64,000 nt of DNA from Armatimonadota bacterium. GTDB lineage: Bacteria; Armatimonadota; SYMT01. The notes under the pieces are model-generated. The model made no database searches, had not been told where the DNA came from, and saw only the letters and a list, made by a program, of their open reading frames with translations. Shown one piece after another: positions 1-7,885 of the stretch; within the stretch, counting starts at the first letter, position 1; each line of letters starts with the position of its first letter. The position numbers were made by a program, and so were the translations under genes. Location: contig JAWLHY010000002.1 of the NCBI GenBank assembly GCA_041690135.1, positions 784,342-848,341 of the forward strand, in the 5' to 3' direction.

Positions 1-389
1 ATTCTCGCGAACCTTCGGGCGTATCCGAGATCATCTCCATCGATGATTTCGGAGGGGTCCATCAGCAGGAAGCGTCCCGGCCGTTCCGAAATCGTCGCCG
101 CAAACTCGTCCAGGCGTTCGCGACGGATCCGGCCTTCGACCACCGCCAGCAGCAGGGGCACTCGGGCGAGGAATAGCTTTACCGCCGCTTTCTTCTCCGC
201 CGAGAACCGGACCTCCCACCAGGAGCTACCGGCGTGGTGTACGCGGACCAGGCGGACGTCTTCCAAACGGAAGAAAAAGAACCACGCCATGGGAATGTTC
301 CACCGGGAGTCGCAGTACTCCTCATCCACGTGGGGTCTCTTCCACTCGTTGGACCGCTCCGACGTATAGAGATAGGCGCTGTTTGCCAT
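1..389 (-). CDS. Hypothetical protein, partial (3' end runs off window start)
   Basis: Manual translation from ATG at 389: MANSAYLYTSERSNEWKRPHVDEEYCDSRWNIPMAWFFFF..., open to position 1; missing from the ORF track because no stop is in the window. Confidence 0.65.
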   Translation of the reverse strand, partial: MANSAYLYTSERSNEWKRPHVDEEYCDSRWNIPMAWFFFFRLEDVRLVRVHHAGSSWWEVRFSAEKKAAVKLFLARVPLLLAVVEGRIRRERLDEFAATISERPGRFLLMDPSEIIDGDDLGYARRFAR

Positions 390-472
390 CTGCGGACTCG
401 CCTGCTTTCCGATTTCGGAGCTCTCTCACTGCTGGTATCCGGCAGTTACCAACTCCCCGTTTGCTCCTCCCG

Positions 473-796
473 TCAGGATAGGCCGTACTCACGATTCAGG
501 TCCAGCAGGTAGTGACCATACACCTCGTCCGCTCGCAGGTCCACCACCACGACCAGGTAAACGTTCGCCGTCCGGGTCATGACCAGTGCGTGATCGAAGC
601 GCCCATCGGCGCTCCTGTAGGCGGCTTCCACAGTCCCGTCATCCACGCTGTGGCCGGCCAGGTCCAGGGCCGGGACCGACTCCACATAGGGCCAGATGTC
701 CAGCACCTCCTCCACGCTGTCCGTTATATTCCGCATGGGCTCTGGGAAGGTGGCGAGGAACTGCTCTTCGGTTAATCGCCGGGTAGGCATACTCAT
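473..796 (-). CDS. Hypothetical protein, 107 aa, acidic
   Basis: Protein-like composition, GC3-rich codons, closely follows upstream ORF ending at 801. Confidence 0.7.
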   Translation of the reverse strand: MSMPTRRLTEEQFLATFPEPMRNITDSVEEVLDIWPYVESVPALDLAGHSVDDGTVEAAYRSADGRFDHALVMTRTANVYLVVVVDLRADEVYGHYLLDLNREYGLS

Positions 797-800
797 GACT

Positions 801-1382
801 CTACTCGCCCTCCGTAACGGGCCACTCCAGAGGAAACCGACCGGGATGCCGGGCGTGCCACGCGTAGTAGAGAATCGGGGTCAGCGTCCAGAAGCGCACC
901 GTGCGATACTCACCGTCTGCCGGATCGGTCCATTCTTCACCTGGACCGAGTTCACCGATGAGCTCCCCCATCTGCTCGATCTCTCGGTATACCTCTCTCT
1001 GCCGGTCCCAACCTTCCGTTCCATGTCGGAACTCCGCCAGCAGCAGCGACGGCAGCAAGGGCACGGCAGAGGGGCGATCATCACCTTCCCACTCCCAAAG
1101 CCCATATGCCGCGGGATTGCTGCCCCGCATCGCGACCCAGAGGAAGTTGAACCGGGCGGGGCTGATGGAACTCACCGACAGGCACGACTCCTTGAGAGGC
1201 TCCCCTGTCAGCTCACCCCACCGGTCGCCGGGGAATTCCCGACTGTATTTCGCGGCTGAGCCCCCAGGCCAGGGCGGTCGCGAGCAGACGATCTGCCGCG
1301 CGGCCTTGCCGTCGTCGTCGAGTTCCAGGAACTCCACCCAGGTCCGGGGATCTTCGCCGCATACTCTTCGGATGTGCCGCAT
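801..1382 (-). CDS. Hypothetical protein (MRHIRRVCGEDP...)
   Basis: AGGAG RBS before ATG at 1382; the track ORF is over-extended to 1664. Confidence 0.6.
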   Translation of the reverse strand: MRHIRRVCGEDPRTWVEFLELDDDGKAARQIVCSRPPWPGGSAAKYSREFPGDRWGELTGEPLKESCLSVSSISPARFNFLWVAMRGSNPAAYGLWEWEGDDRPSAVPLLPSLLLAEFRHGTEGWDRQREVYREIEQMGELIGELGPGEEWTDPADGEYRTVRFWTLTPILYYAWHARHPGRFPLEWPVTEGE

Positions 1383-1474
1383 ACCCACTCCTGAAAGAGT
1401 GGCCGGTGGACAGTCGCATTGAGCGATCACGCCAGACGGATCGCACACCACACCGCCGCCTGGCCCCGTACCCT

Positions 1475-1636
1475 TCACCGGCCGAGTGCCCCACCATTGC
1501 CTACCACTGCTTGCAGCAGGTCGCCCAGTGCATCCGAGAGGTAAGAAGCCGTCACACGCGCCTGCTGTTCGCCTACTTCCAACAGGCACTCCGCCCAGCT
1601 GGCCCCGATCAGATTGTAGGTGACGGAAACAGCCAT
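1475..1636 (-). pseudogene. Probable truncated gene (MAVSVTYNLIGASWAECLLEVGEQQARVTASYLSDALGDLL...)
   Basis: AAGAAGG RBS, about 45 protein-like residues, then composition degrades and it stops at 53 aa. Confidence 0.4.
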
Positions 1637-1732
1637 CCTTCTTGCTAGCGTTCTGGTAGCCCATTTTCCGCGTTCTTTCGCGTGTTCCGCGGGCAAGAAC
1701 GGTCCCAATTCCGCGGTCAGGCCTTGAGTGAT

Positions 1733-2392
1733 TCAGTCGCTGTCTGGGCAGCGGTTTGCCAGCAGTTCACCGTAAACCCACTCCAGGGTCTCGGGGATGC
1801 TCCGCAGCCGGTTGGCCTCACTCGTTTCGTGGGAGAGCCAGCCGGCGCGGCCGTCGAGCGTGTAGATGAGCATGTCCCCTCCCGGGCTCCAGCCGAAGAT
1901 GTAGGTCCGGCTCGGATCGACGGGCGCGTCCTCGCACAGGTGCGGGTACGACGTGAGACGGGAGTGCCCCAGGGCTCCTTCCAGGCCGCCGGCCATCCCG
2001 AAGCCCATCCAGTCCACGTGGCCGACGATCCGGTAGTACGCGGCGAGATCCGGGGGAAAGTGCTTGGGCAGGTGCTCCGCGGAGGGCGGCCCCACTTCGG
2101 CCCCGCGGATGCCGGGCGCGGAGAACTCGAAGCCCGCGCGCGCCAGCCCGTAAGGAGTCTCGTGCAGGTTCAAACGCCAGCGGCCGTTCTCGGTCATCGC
2201 GCGGAACCAGGCCTGCATCTGGGGACCCAGGGCTCCCTCCGCGACCCGCTGCATCGCGGCGTTCGGGTCGCGCCACCAGGCCTCCACCTCCGGGGTAATC
2301 AGGTACCGGTAGGCTTCCGGAACGGCTCCCAGGTCATCGCCCGGATGCAGGACGACCTGAACGCCTTCGTCCTCGTCTTCGAAGACCTCCAT
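1733..2392 (-). CDS. SMI1/KNR4 (SUKH)-like hypothetical protein
   Basis: C-half has FPPDLAAYYR...IFGWSPGGDMLIY..DGRAGWLSHE pattern typical of SUKH domains; GAGGG RBS before ATG 2392. Confidence 0.55.
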   Translation of the reverse strand: MEVFEDEDEGVQVVLHPGDDLGAVPEAYRYLITPEVEAWWRDPNAAMQRVAEGALGPQMQAWFRAMTENGRWRLNLHETPYGLARAGFEFSAPGIRGAEVGPPSAEHLPKHFPPDLAAYYRIVGHVDWMGFGMAGGLEGALGHSRLTSYPHLCEDAPVDPSRTYIFGWSPGGDMLIYTLDGRAGWLSHETSEANRLRSIPETLEWVYGELLANRCPDSD

Positions 2393-2471
2393 AGTGTCCC
2401 TCGCGATTGCGCAGCCTCTTCCCTCTTCTTGGCGCTCTTGGCGCACCCCTGTGGGGCGTAAATCTTGGCGG

Positions 2472-2915
2472 TTAGACCCGGCCGCCGCCCAGCAGTTCCA
2501 GCGTGCGGCGGTCCGGCCGGCCCTGGAAGTAGCGGTCCAACAACCGGTGGAACACGGAGCCCTCGGGCGATGCCTGGGCGAACAGCGTGGCCGACGACCG
2601 CAGCTTCTGCTCGTCGGTCGCGCCGAAGATGTCGCGGGCGGAACGTCCCTCGACCTGCAACGCCGCCTCCGCGCACTCCCGCAGCCGCGGCCCGAGCACG
2701 GGGTGCTCCAGGTACGCCCGCGCTTCCGCCAGGCTCCGGATCGCATAGCGTTTCGACATCGTGCTGAACCCCAGCCCCTCGATCTGCGGGAAGATGTACC
2801 ACATCCAGTGCGAGACCTTGAGGCCGCCCCGGATCTCGGAGAGGGCCTGCGCGTACACCCCTTCCTGCGCCTCGGTAAAGCGGTGTAGGTCGTAGGGATC
2901 GTTGGTGCTGCTCAT
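2472..2915 (-). CDS. DUF1810 family protein
   Basis: DPYDLHRF..AQ...Y..AL.E...G.K.SHWMWYIFPQ..GLG.S and YLEHPVLGPRL motifs; GAAAGGA RBS before ATG 2915. Confidence 0.9.
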   Translation of the reverse strand: MSSTNDPYDLHRFTEAQEGVYAQALSEIRGGLKVSHWMWYIFPQIEGLGFSTMSKRYAIRSLAEARAYLEHPVLGPRLRECAEAALQVEGRSARDIFGATDEQKLRSSATLFAQASPEGSVFHRLLDRYFQGRPDRRTLELLGGGRV

Positions 2916-3419
2916 CGATGTTCCTTTCGGTACTCTCTGTCGCATCATCGAATACCAGGCGCGCCTGGCAACTCGCCTGCCCGCAAACGCGGGTGTGTCT
3001 TTCCCGTCGCGCCGTCTTCTGGGGCTGGATGCGTTACTCGCGGTAGCATCGCCCCAGAAGGCGCATAGATCCTCCCAGGCCGCGCGAGACCTCGGTCCGA
3101 GCCACGGTTCGAAAACGGCCATCCCAAAGGCCTGGTGGGAGGCCGTGTTCTGGATACCCTCCAGCAATCCGACCACAATCAGTTCCTGCACCTGCTCATC
3201 GCTCTCCGCCAGGCAGCGCTCCACCAGTTCAAACACCCCAGGGAACTCGGAGGTATCGCCAGCCGCGAAGCGATCGACCAGGTGATGGGCCACGACCGAA
3301 ATGTCGTTGTAGTGTCCACGCACCGGTTCGTCTTCCCAGAACTCCAGGTGCCTTTCCCATCGCGGCGTGACTCCTGGACATACCGCAAGGAACCCCGGTA
3401 CCACCTCATCAACGGTCAT
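2916..3419 (-). CDS. Helical immunity-like domain (DUF7674-like), reading in frame without a stop into DUF1810
   Basis: FELVERCLAESDEQVQELIVVGLLEGIQN...WLGPRSRAAW pattern; start overlaps stop of upstream gene; no stop before DUF1810. Confidence 0.55.
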
Positions 3420-4192
3420 CCCGCAATGCCGGCGTTGGTGGGTCCCTCCGACAGCGTGCCGCTGACCTGGATGACGTGGCCCCAGAAGAGACCGCCGTCG
3501 TCGTAGGTGAACTCGAACGCTCCATCCGGGTAGACGACGATTGATTCCAGGCTCATCCGCTCCACGAACTGCTCCGGAGTGAGCTCTTCCTCACCTTCGT
3601 CCTCGTCCAGCCAGGTGTCGTTCTTCAGGTCCAGCAGCTCCTCCACGGCGTAGTCCCGCACCCGCTGCTCCCACTGTTCCTGCTGGTCCCACAGGCTGCG
3701 CGCATGCCGGAACAACATGCCTTCGTCTGGGCTGTCGTCGCGCGAAAGGCACAGTTGCACGGGACGCGAGTTCCACTCGAAGGTCTTCTCGTACCAGTTC
3801 AGGCTCCGGTCGAGCTCCAGGGTCCCGAAGAAGGGGTCTTCCACCGTCACCGCCTTCTGGAGATCCGCGGCGCGCTGGTTCAGCTCGGCATCCGCCGGCT
3901 CCTTACCGAGAACTTCCAGGAGGTGGGCGTTCAGCGTGGTGGGGTCGGAAGGATCGTCCGTGAGCTCGACCCGCAGGCGGAGGATGTCGTAGGGCTCAAT
4001 GCTGTCCATCAACTCGTCCAGCCGCGCTTGCGAGAGGCGCGGCTGACTGACGAAGAGACTGCGTTCGTCCACCCCGCCGTCCGGACGGCGCCAGGGCTGG
4101 AGCGAGAAGTGAAGGGTCCACTCCTCCTCCCCTCCCGCGCGACCGCCTCCCGGTCCGGGCGGGTAGACGATACCGGTGATTTCAACGGCCAT
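3416..4192 (-). CDS. DUF2262 domain-containing protein
   Basis: EDPFFGTLELDRSLNWYE, LKNDTWLDEDE..LTPEQFVERMSLESI...DGAFEFTYDDGGLFWGHVI signature; AGGAG RBS. Confidence 0.85.
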   Translation of the reverse strand: MAVEITGIVYPPGPGGGRAGGEEEWTLHFSLQPWRRPDGGVDERSLFVSQPRLSQARLDELMDSIEPYDILRLRVELTDDPSDPTTLNAHLLEVLGKEPADAELNQRAADLQKAVTVEDPFFGTLELDRSLNWYEKTFEWNSRPVQLCLSRDDSPDEGMLFRHARSLWDQQEQWEQRVRDYAVEELLDLKNDTWLDEDEGEEELTPEQFVERMSLESIVVYPDGAFEFTYDDGGLFWGHVIQVSGTLSEGPTNAGIAG

Positions 4193-4325
4193 GGACGAGT
4201 TCTCCTGAAGGGCGGGGGGTGGGGTTCTGCTCCGGGTTGCGAACAGTCGCCGGCCTAACTGGCCTCACAGCGACTGGTGCCAGCATCACTTTACCGCAGC
4301 TTCTTACTTGCATCCAAGCCGGTGA

Positions 4326-4456
4326 TTAGGCGCCGTCAAGGAATAACCGCTACGTTCTTCCCAGCCGACGGAGGCGGGCGCCCTCTGGGCAGTCGCTGTT
4401 TGTAGCCGCGAGTTCACTCGCCCAACTGTAGCAGTTGTTGTTGGACCGTCCCTTGG
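4326..4456. repeat. ~120-130 bp REP/MITE-like element, copy 1
   Basis: Core TGTAGCCGCGAGTTCACTCGCCCAA (4401-4425) and flanks shared with copies at 35054 and 42890. Confidence 0.75.
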
Positions 4457-4588
4457 CGGTGCGAGACCATCCGATAGGCATGTGTCGGCGAGGGAAAGGA
4501 AGGTTGCCTGGCAGGAGCGAATGTACTCCCAATCACCACGGATGCAGGACCCATCGGTCTGCAACCTGTCAACGGCCGGGAGAGCGCG

Positions 4589-5674
4589 ATGTCGGAAGAA
4601 GCGGAGACCCACGGGCGGTCACGGCGCCTCCTGCTCCAATGGGCCCTGCATACCGCGTTAGGCGGGCTAACGGCCGCTGCCCTGGCCGCAGAAGTGGGGC
4701 TTCCGGAGCATGAGAAACCCGTGGGTCGGCGGGTGCCGCCGGAAGTCGCGACTCTCGGATACCTTCACCGGGAGTGCGGCTTCTCATTCTCCTTCCCACC
4801 GGGTAAGTTCAGCGACCGCCGGAAGGATAACCGGCGCGACATGGCCCGGGCCACCTGGGAGATTCCCGGTCTCCTTCGCGACACGTTCCGCCGGCTCCAG
4901 GCTCCCCCTTGGGCGGCGACCCGGTGGACGATCCGGGACGATGCCGAGCGACGCCGGTTGGCAACCCTCGCCGACCCGGATCGGCTGCGGAAAGCACTGG
5001 CCTGGTTCGAGCCACTGCTGACGGAGTTCGCGGCCGAACTGGAGCCGTTGGGAGGGAACGCCGCGCGCCGGGACCGCCTGCGCGCCGAGGTCCGCGGCTG
5101 GAGTGAGGAGGCGGAAACTCTGGCGGCACGGGTCCGCAAGCACACCGGCCTCCCGACCCCGCGGGTTCCGGGTGAAAAGGAGGTAGAGCGTACGGTTTTC
5201 CAGGACCTTTCGGTGTACCACCCTGCCTATGCCGCTCTTACCTGGTTGGAGCAGAAAGGGCACTTCACCGGCTATCCGGAGCACACCTTCGACAGCCGGC
5301 GAGCGCTCACCCGGTACGAGCATTCCATGGCGCTTCACCGGATGGTTCAATCTCTTAAACGCGTGATCGTTCAGCTTCCCGGCGGTGCTCCGCATACCCT
5401 CGGTAAAGTGGCGCTCGCATCCGGAAGTAGGGTCGTCTGTTCTCCCGGACCGACAGGAGTGCTCCCCGGTATCGAGCGGGAAGCCCAGATCCGTGCGGCC
5501 CTGGCGCGGGAGTCGGGGCTGCGCGGCTTGCTCATCTGGCTTCGCCCACTGGTGGTGGAGTTCTCCGGAGAGCTGGCACTCCTGGGGAGTGACGTACAGC
5601 AAACCCGCGCCGATCTCGACGCGTGGGAGCAGAACGCGGCGGAGATCAGCGCCCGCGCTCGCGTGCGGCGGTAA
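4589..5674 (+). CDS. S-layer homology (SLH) domain protein
   Basis: FQDLSVYHPAYAALTWLEQKGHFTGYPEHTFDSRRALTRYE is an SLH motif; a degenerate second SLH-like unit lies N-terminally. Confidence 0.7.
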   Translation: MSEEAETHGRSRRLLLQWALHTALGGLTAAALAAEVGLPEHEKPVGRRVPPEVATLGYLHRECGFSFSFPPGKFSDRRKDNRRDMARATWEIPGLLRDTFRRLQAPPWAATRWTIRDDAERRRLATLADPDRLRKALAWFEPLLTEFAAELEPLGGNAARRDRLRAEVRGWSEEAETLAARVRKHTGLPTPRVPGEKEVERTVFQDLSVYHPAYAALTWLEQKGHFTGYPEHTFDSRRALTRYEHSMALHRMVQSLKRVIVQLPGGAPHTLGKVALASGSRVVCSPGPTGVLPGIEREAQIRAALARESGLRGLLIWLRPLVVEFSGELALLGSDVQQTRADLDAWEQNAAEISARARVRR

Positions 5675-5854
5675 GAACACGTAATGGCCGAGGATTTCGA
5701 TATCGGGGAATACGAACTCTGGCTGCAGGATCCTGGTCCGCGCCACGCTGCGGCGAAATCCATGACTGCTTGGGGGTTATCGTAACGTGCTGCTTCACAA
5801 CCGTGAATGCGGTACCCGTATTCCACAAGAGCGACCTCGTTCTGGGTACGGGAT

Positions 5855-5914
5855 CCCCCTTCTCTGCGTCGGAGAAGGGGGTGGGGGGATGAGGTTACTG
5901 TGGTCACCGCACCC
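5855..5914. repeat. Palindromic intergenic repeat (CCCCCTTCTC-loop-GAGAAGGGGG..GGGGGATGAGG), copy 1
   Basis: Near-identical 60-bp copy at 52986-53045; 10-bp perfect hairpin. Confidence 0.8.
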
Positions 5915-6010
5915 GCCAGTGTTAACGTACTTGTGGGCTGTCGTCTTGGCGGTTGGACTGTGCAGGTGCTAGTCCATTGGATCGTGCAAAAGGGTGGGGA
6001 GGTAAGTGTA

Positions 6011-6469
6011 TTGAGACTGGCAGAGGCCCTGGTATTGCGGGCGGATGTCCGCAAACGAATCGAGCAGGTGCGGGAGCGCCTGAAGCTGTCGGCGCTGGTG
6101 CAGGAGGGGGAGGAGCCGCCGGAAGACCCGCAAGAGCTGCTGGCGGAGCTGGATCGCTTACTGAATGAGCTGACCGCCCTGGTCCGCCGGATCAACCGGA
6201 CCAACCTGGAGGCAAGCCTCGCGGACGGGCGCACCCTCACGGACGCCCTGGCGGAGCGGGACACGCTGGCGATCTACCATAACGTTTTGCAGACCACGGC
6301 GGAGGCCGCCAGCCCGAAGCTGGACCGCATGGCCCGTGCGGAGATCCGGAAGGTGCCCACCGTGAAGGTGGCGGACCTCCGGAAGCAGGTCGATGAGGTG
6401 GCGCGCCGCCGCCGGGAGCTAGACACGCAGATCCAGGCGGCGAACTGGACCACCGATCTGCTGGACTGA
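6011..6469 (+). CDS. DIP1984 family protein
   Basis: M(TTG)RLAEAL.LRAD...I.Q..ERL...A.VQEGE.P.EDP..LL, INRTN, and LDT.IQ.ANW.T.L signatures; GGAGG RBS before TTG 6011. Confidence 0.9.
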   Translation: MRLAEALVLRADVRKRIEQVRERLKLSALVQEGEEPPEDPQELLAELDRLLNELTALVRRINRTNLEASLADGRTLTDALAERDTLAIYHNVLQTTAEAASPKLDRMARAEIRKVPTVKVADLRKQVDEVARRRRELDTQIQAANWTTDLLD

Positions 6470-6723
6470 TCCTCCCGCAATTGGGAGCACAAGCAGGTAG
6501 CCGGGAAAGCCGAGAGCCGGGGCACGAGGCGGCGACTGCCCGAGTCGCATCCTGGTCATCCCGAGGAGCCATGGGATGAGGAGGGTTCAAATCCCTCTGT
6601 GCACCGTTACGCTCAGCACCGTTACAGCGGCACCGAGCATCGCGCACTGTCACTACCACGTGCCAGCTACGGCGGACCCGGCGAGGGTGGGATTGGGGTT
6701 TCTTGTGCCCCCGAGAGGATCAG
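6466..6723 (+). ncRNA. Candidate structured ncRNA with tRNA-like domain downstream of DIP1984 gene
   Basis: Closing helices 6466-6474/6715-6723 (9/9) and 6481-6493/6702-6714; T-arm GAGGG-TTCAAAT-CCCTC 6581-6597; hairpins 6532-6548 and 6556-6579; four GCACYG repeats; followed by terminator. Confidence 0.7.
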
Positions 6724-6728
6724 AAAGC

Positions 6729-6763
6729 AGAACAGCCAACCCGCTGGGGGTTGGCTGTTCTTT
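6729..6763. terminator. Intrinsic terminator, probably bidirectional
   Basis: AGAACAGCCAACCC / GGGTTGGCTGTTCT hairpin followed by T residues, between convergent ncRNA candidate and tRNA. Confidence 0.8.
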
Positions 6764-6764
6764 A

Positions 6765-6841
<77 letters not shown>

Positions 6842-6873
6842 TCATCTCCGCTCCGGTTTCCCGGTGCGACCGT

Positions 6874-6902
6874 ATAGTAACACAGTCCCGGAGGGGAGTC
6901 AA
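6874..6902 (-). promoter_or_regulatory. Sigma70-type promoter of tRNA-fMet copy 1
   Basis: TTGACT-17 bp-TACTAT with extended -10 TG. Confidence 0.8.
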
Positions 6903-6950
6903 ATCGAGCCGCATTGGCTCATGCGTAAGGAGCCGTGAGAGGTACTCTGT

Positions 6951-7877
6951 ATGACGCTTGAGGAAGCCCTCGACGAGGTGCGCCGGACGCAAGCGTGCTG
7001 GATCGTGTGGAACGCTGAGACGGGAGAGATCCTGGCCGTCCGGGGCAGTGACCCTGGCGCCGGGCCGGAGGAATACTTCCGGCACCTTCAGGGCTCGAAC
7101 GAATTCGGGGTTCCCACCAAAACCCGGTACTTCGAGTCCGGAAAGGTGACGCGCCAGGTTCTGGAGCAGGAGCGGCACGAAACCGACCGCGTGCAGACCC
7201 GGGTCCGCGTGCTCACCTCCTGGTCCCGGGCGCCCGTGCCGGAGCTTCTACAGGTTCTCGAACGAGGCGACTACCAGCCTCCGATGCAAAAGGATTCCGA
7301 TAGCCGGATCATCGTGGACCACCTGTGGGAGTTGCATCGGGATGAGTTGGTGGGGGCCACCCAACGGCGGCTCCAGGCGCTCCTGGGAACGGAACTCCTC
7401 TGCCCCTCCGCCACGCGCCATCTCGAAGTCTATTTTCTGGCCCTGGCAGGGGAAGGAGGCCCGCTCAAAGCCATCTGGCGCGGTGAGCGTCCCGGACGGA
7501 CCTGTTACGCCGACGTGTTCGTGCTGATGGACTGCTTTGCGCATCTAACAACCTCGGACCGGGGCATCATCGACGACATCACGACTATCGTCGCAGAACC
7601 GGGAATGTTCGGCCCCCGGTTCGAGGCCATGATGACGCTGGGCAGGCTGGGGGCCGTGGCTGGGAAGCGCGCCGCAACGGTGATCCGGGACAGCATTTAT
7701 GACAGCACCCCCGAGATCGCGGCGCAGCGGGATCGGGTCCTGGAGCGGATCGAGGCGGAAGAGGCCGATTGGGCACGGTGCGCCGCCTGCTGCTACGGTC
7801 GCGTCCACAGTACGGAAAGTCACGGCGCCAGACCTTGCCCCAAATGCCTGGGGTTGGGCCACTTGCCTGTCCCCTAA
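6951..7877 (+). CDS. Hypothetical protein with HEAT-like segment and C-terminal Zn-finger (CAAC..G...CPKCLGLG)
   Basis: GAGG RBS, 308 aa, DnaJ-type CxxCxGxG-like motif at the C-terminus. Confidence 0.7.
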   Translation: MTLEEALDEVRRTQACWIVWNAETGEILAVRGSDPGAGPEEYFRHLQGSNEFGVPTKTRYFESGKVTRQVLEQERHETDRVQTRVRVLTSWSRAPVPELLQVLERGDYQPPMQKDSDSRIIVDHLWELHRDELVGATQRRLQALLGTELLCPSATRHLEVYFLALAGEGGPLKAIWRGERPGRTCYADVFVLMDCFAHLTTSDRGIIDDITTIVAEPGMFGPRFEAMMTLGRLGAVAGKRAATVIRDSIYDSTPEIAAQRDRVLERIEAEEADWARCAACCYGRVHSTESHGARPCPKCLGLGHLPVP

Positions 7878-7885
7878 TAGTAGGG

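Noticed and set aside
4253-4331. Possible integron attC site (GCCTAAC ... ATTAGGC)
   Set aside because: One core site deviates from consensus, the internal arms are not complementary, and there is no integrase or repeated attC
6521-6606. Canonical tRNA or tmRNA
   Set aside because: Has a T-arm but no D-loop, no 7-nt anticodon loop, only a 5-bp acceptor-like stem and no tag ORF; kept as a novel ncRNA candidate instead
6601-6653. Mini CRISPR array
   Set aside because: Repeats are 6-10 nt with 4-5 nt spacers and there are no cas genes
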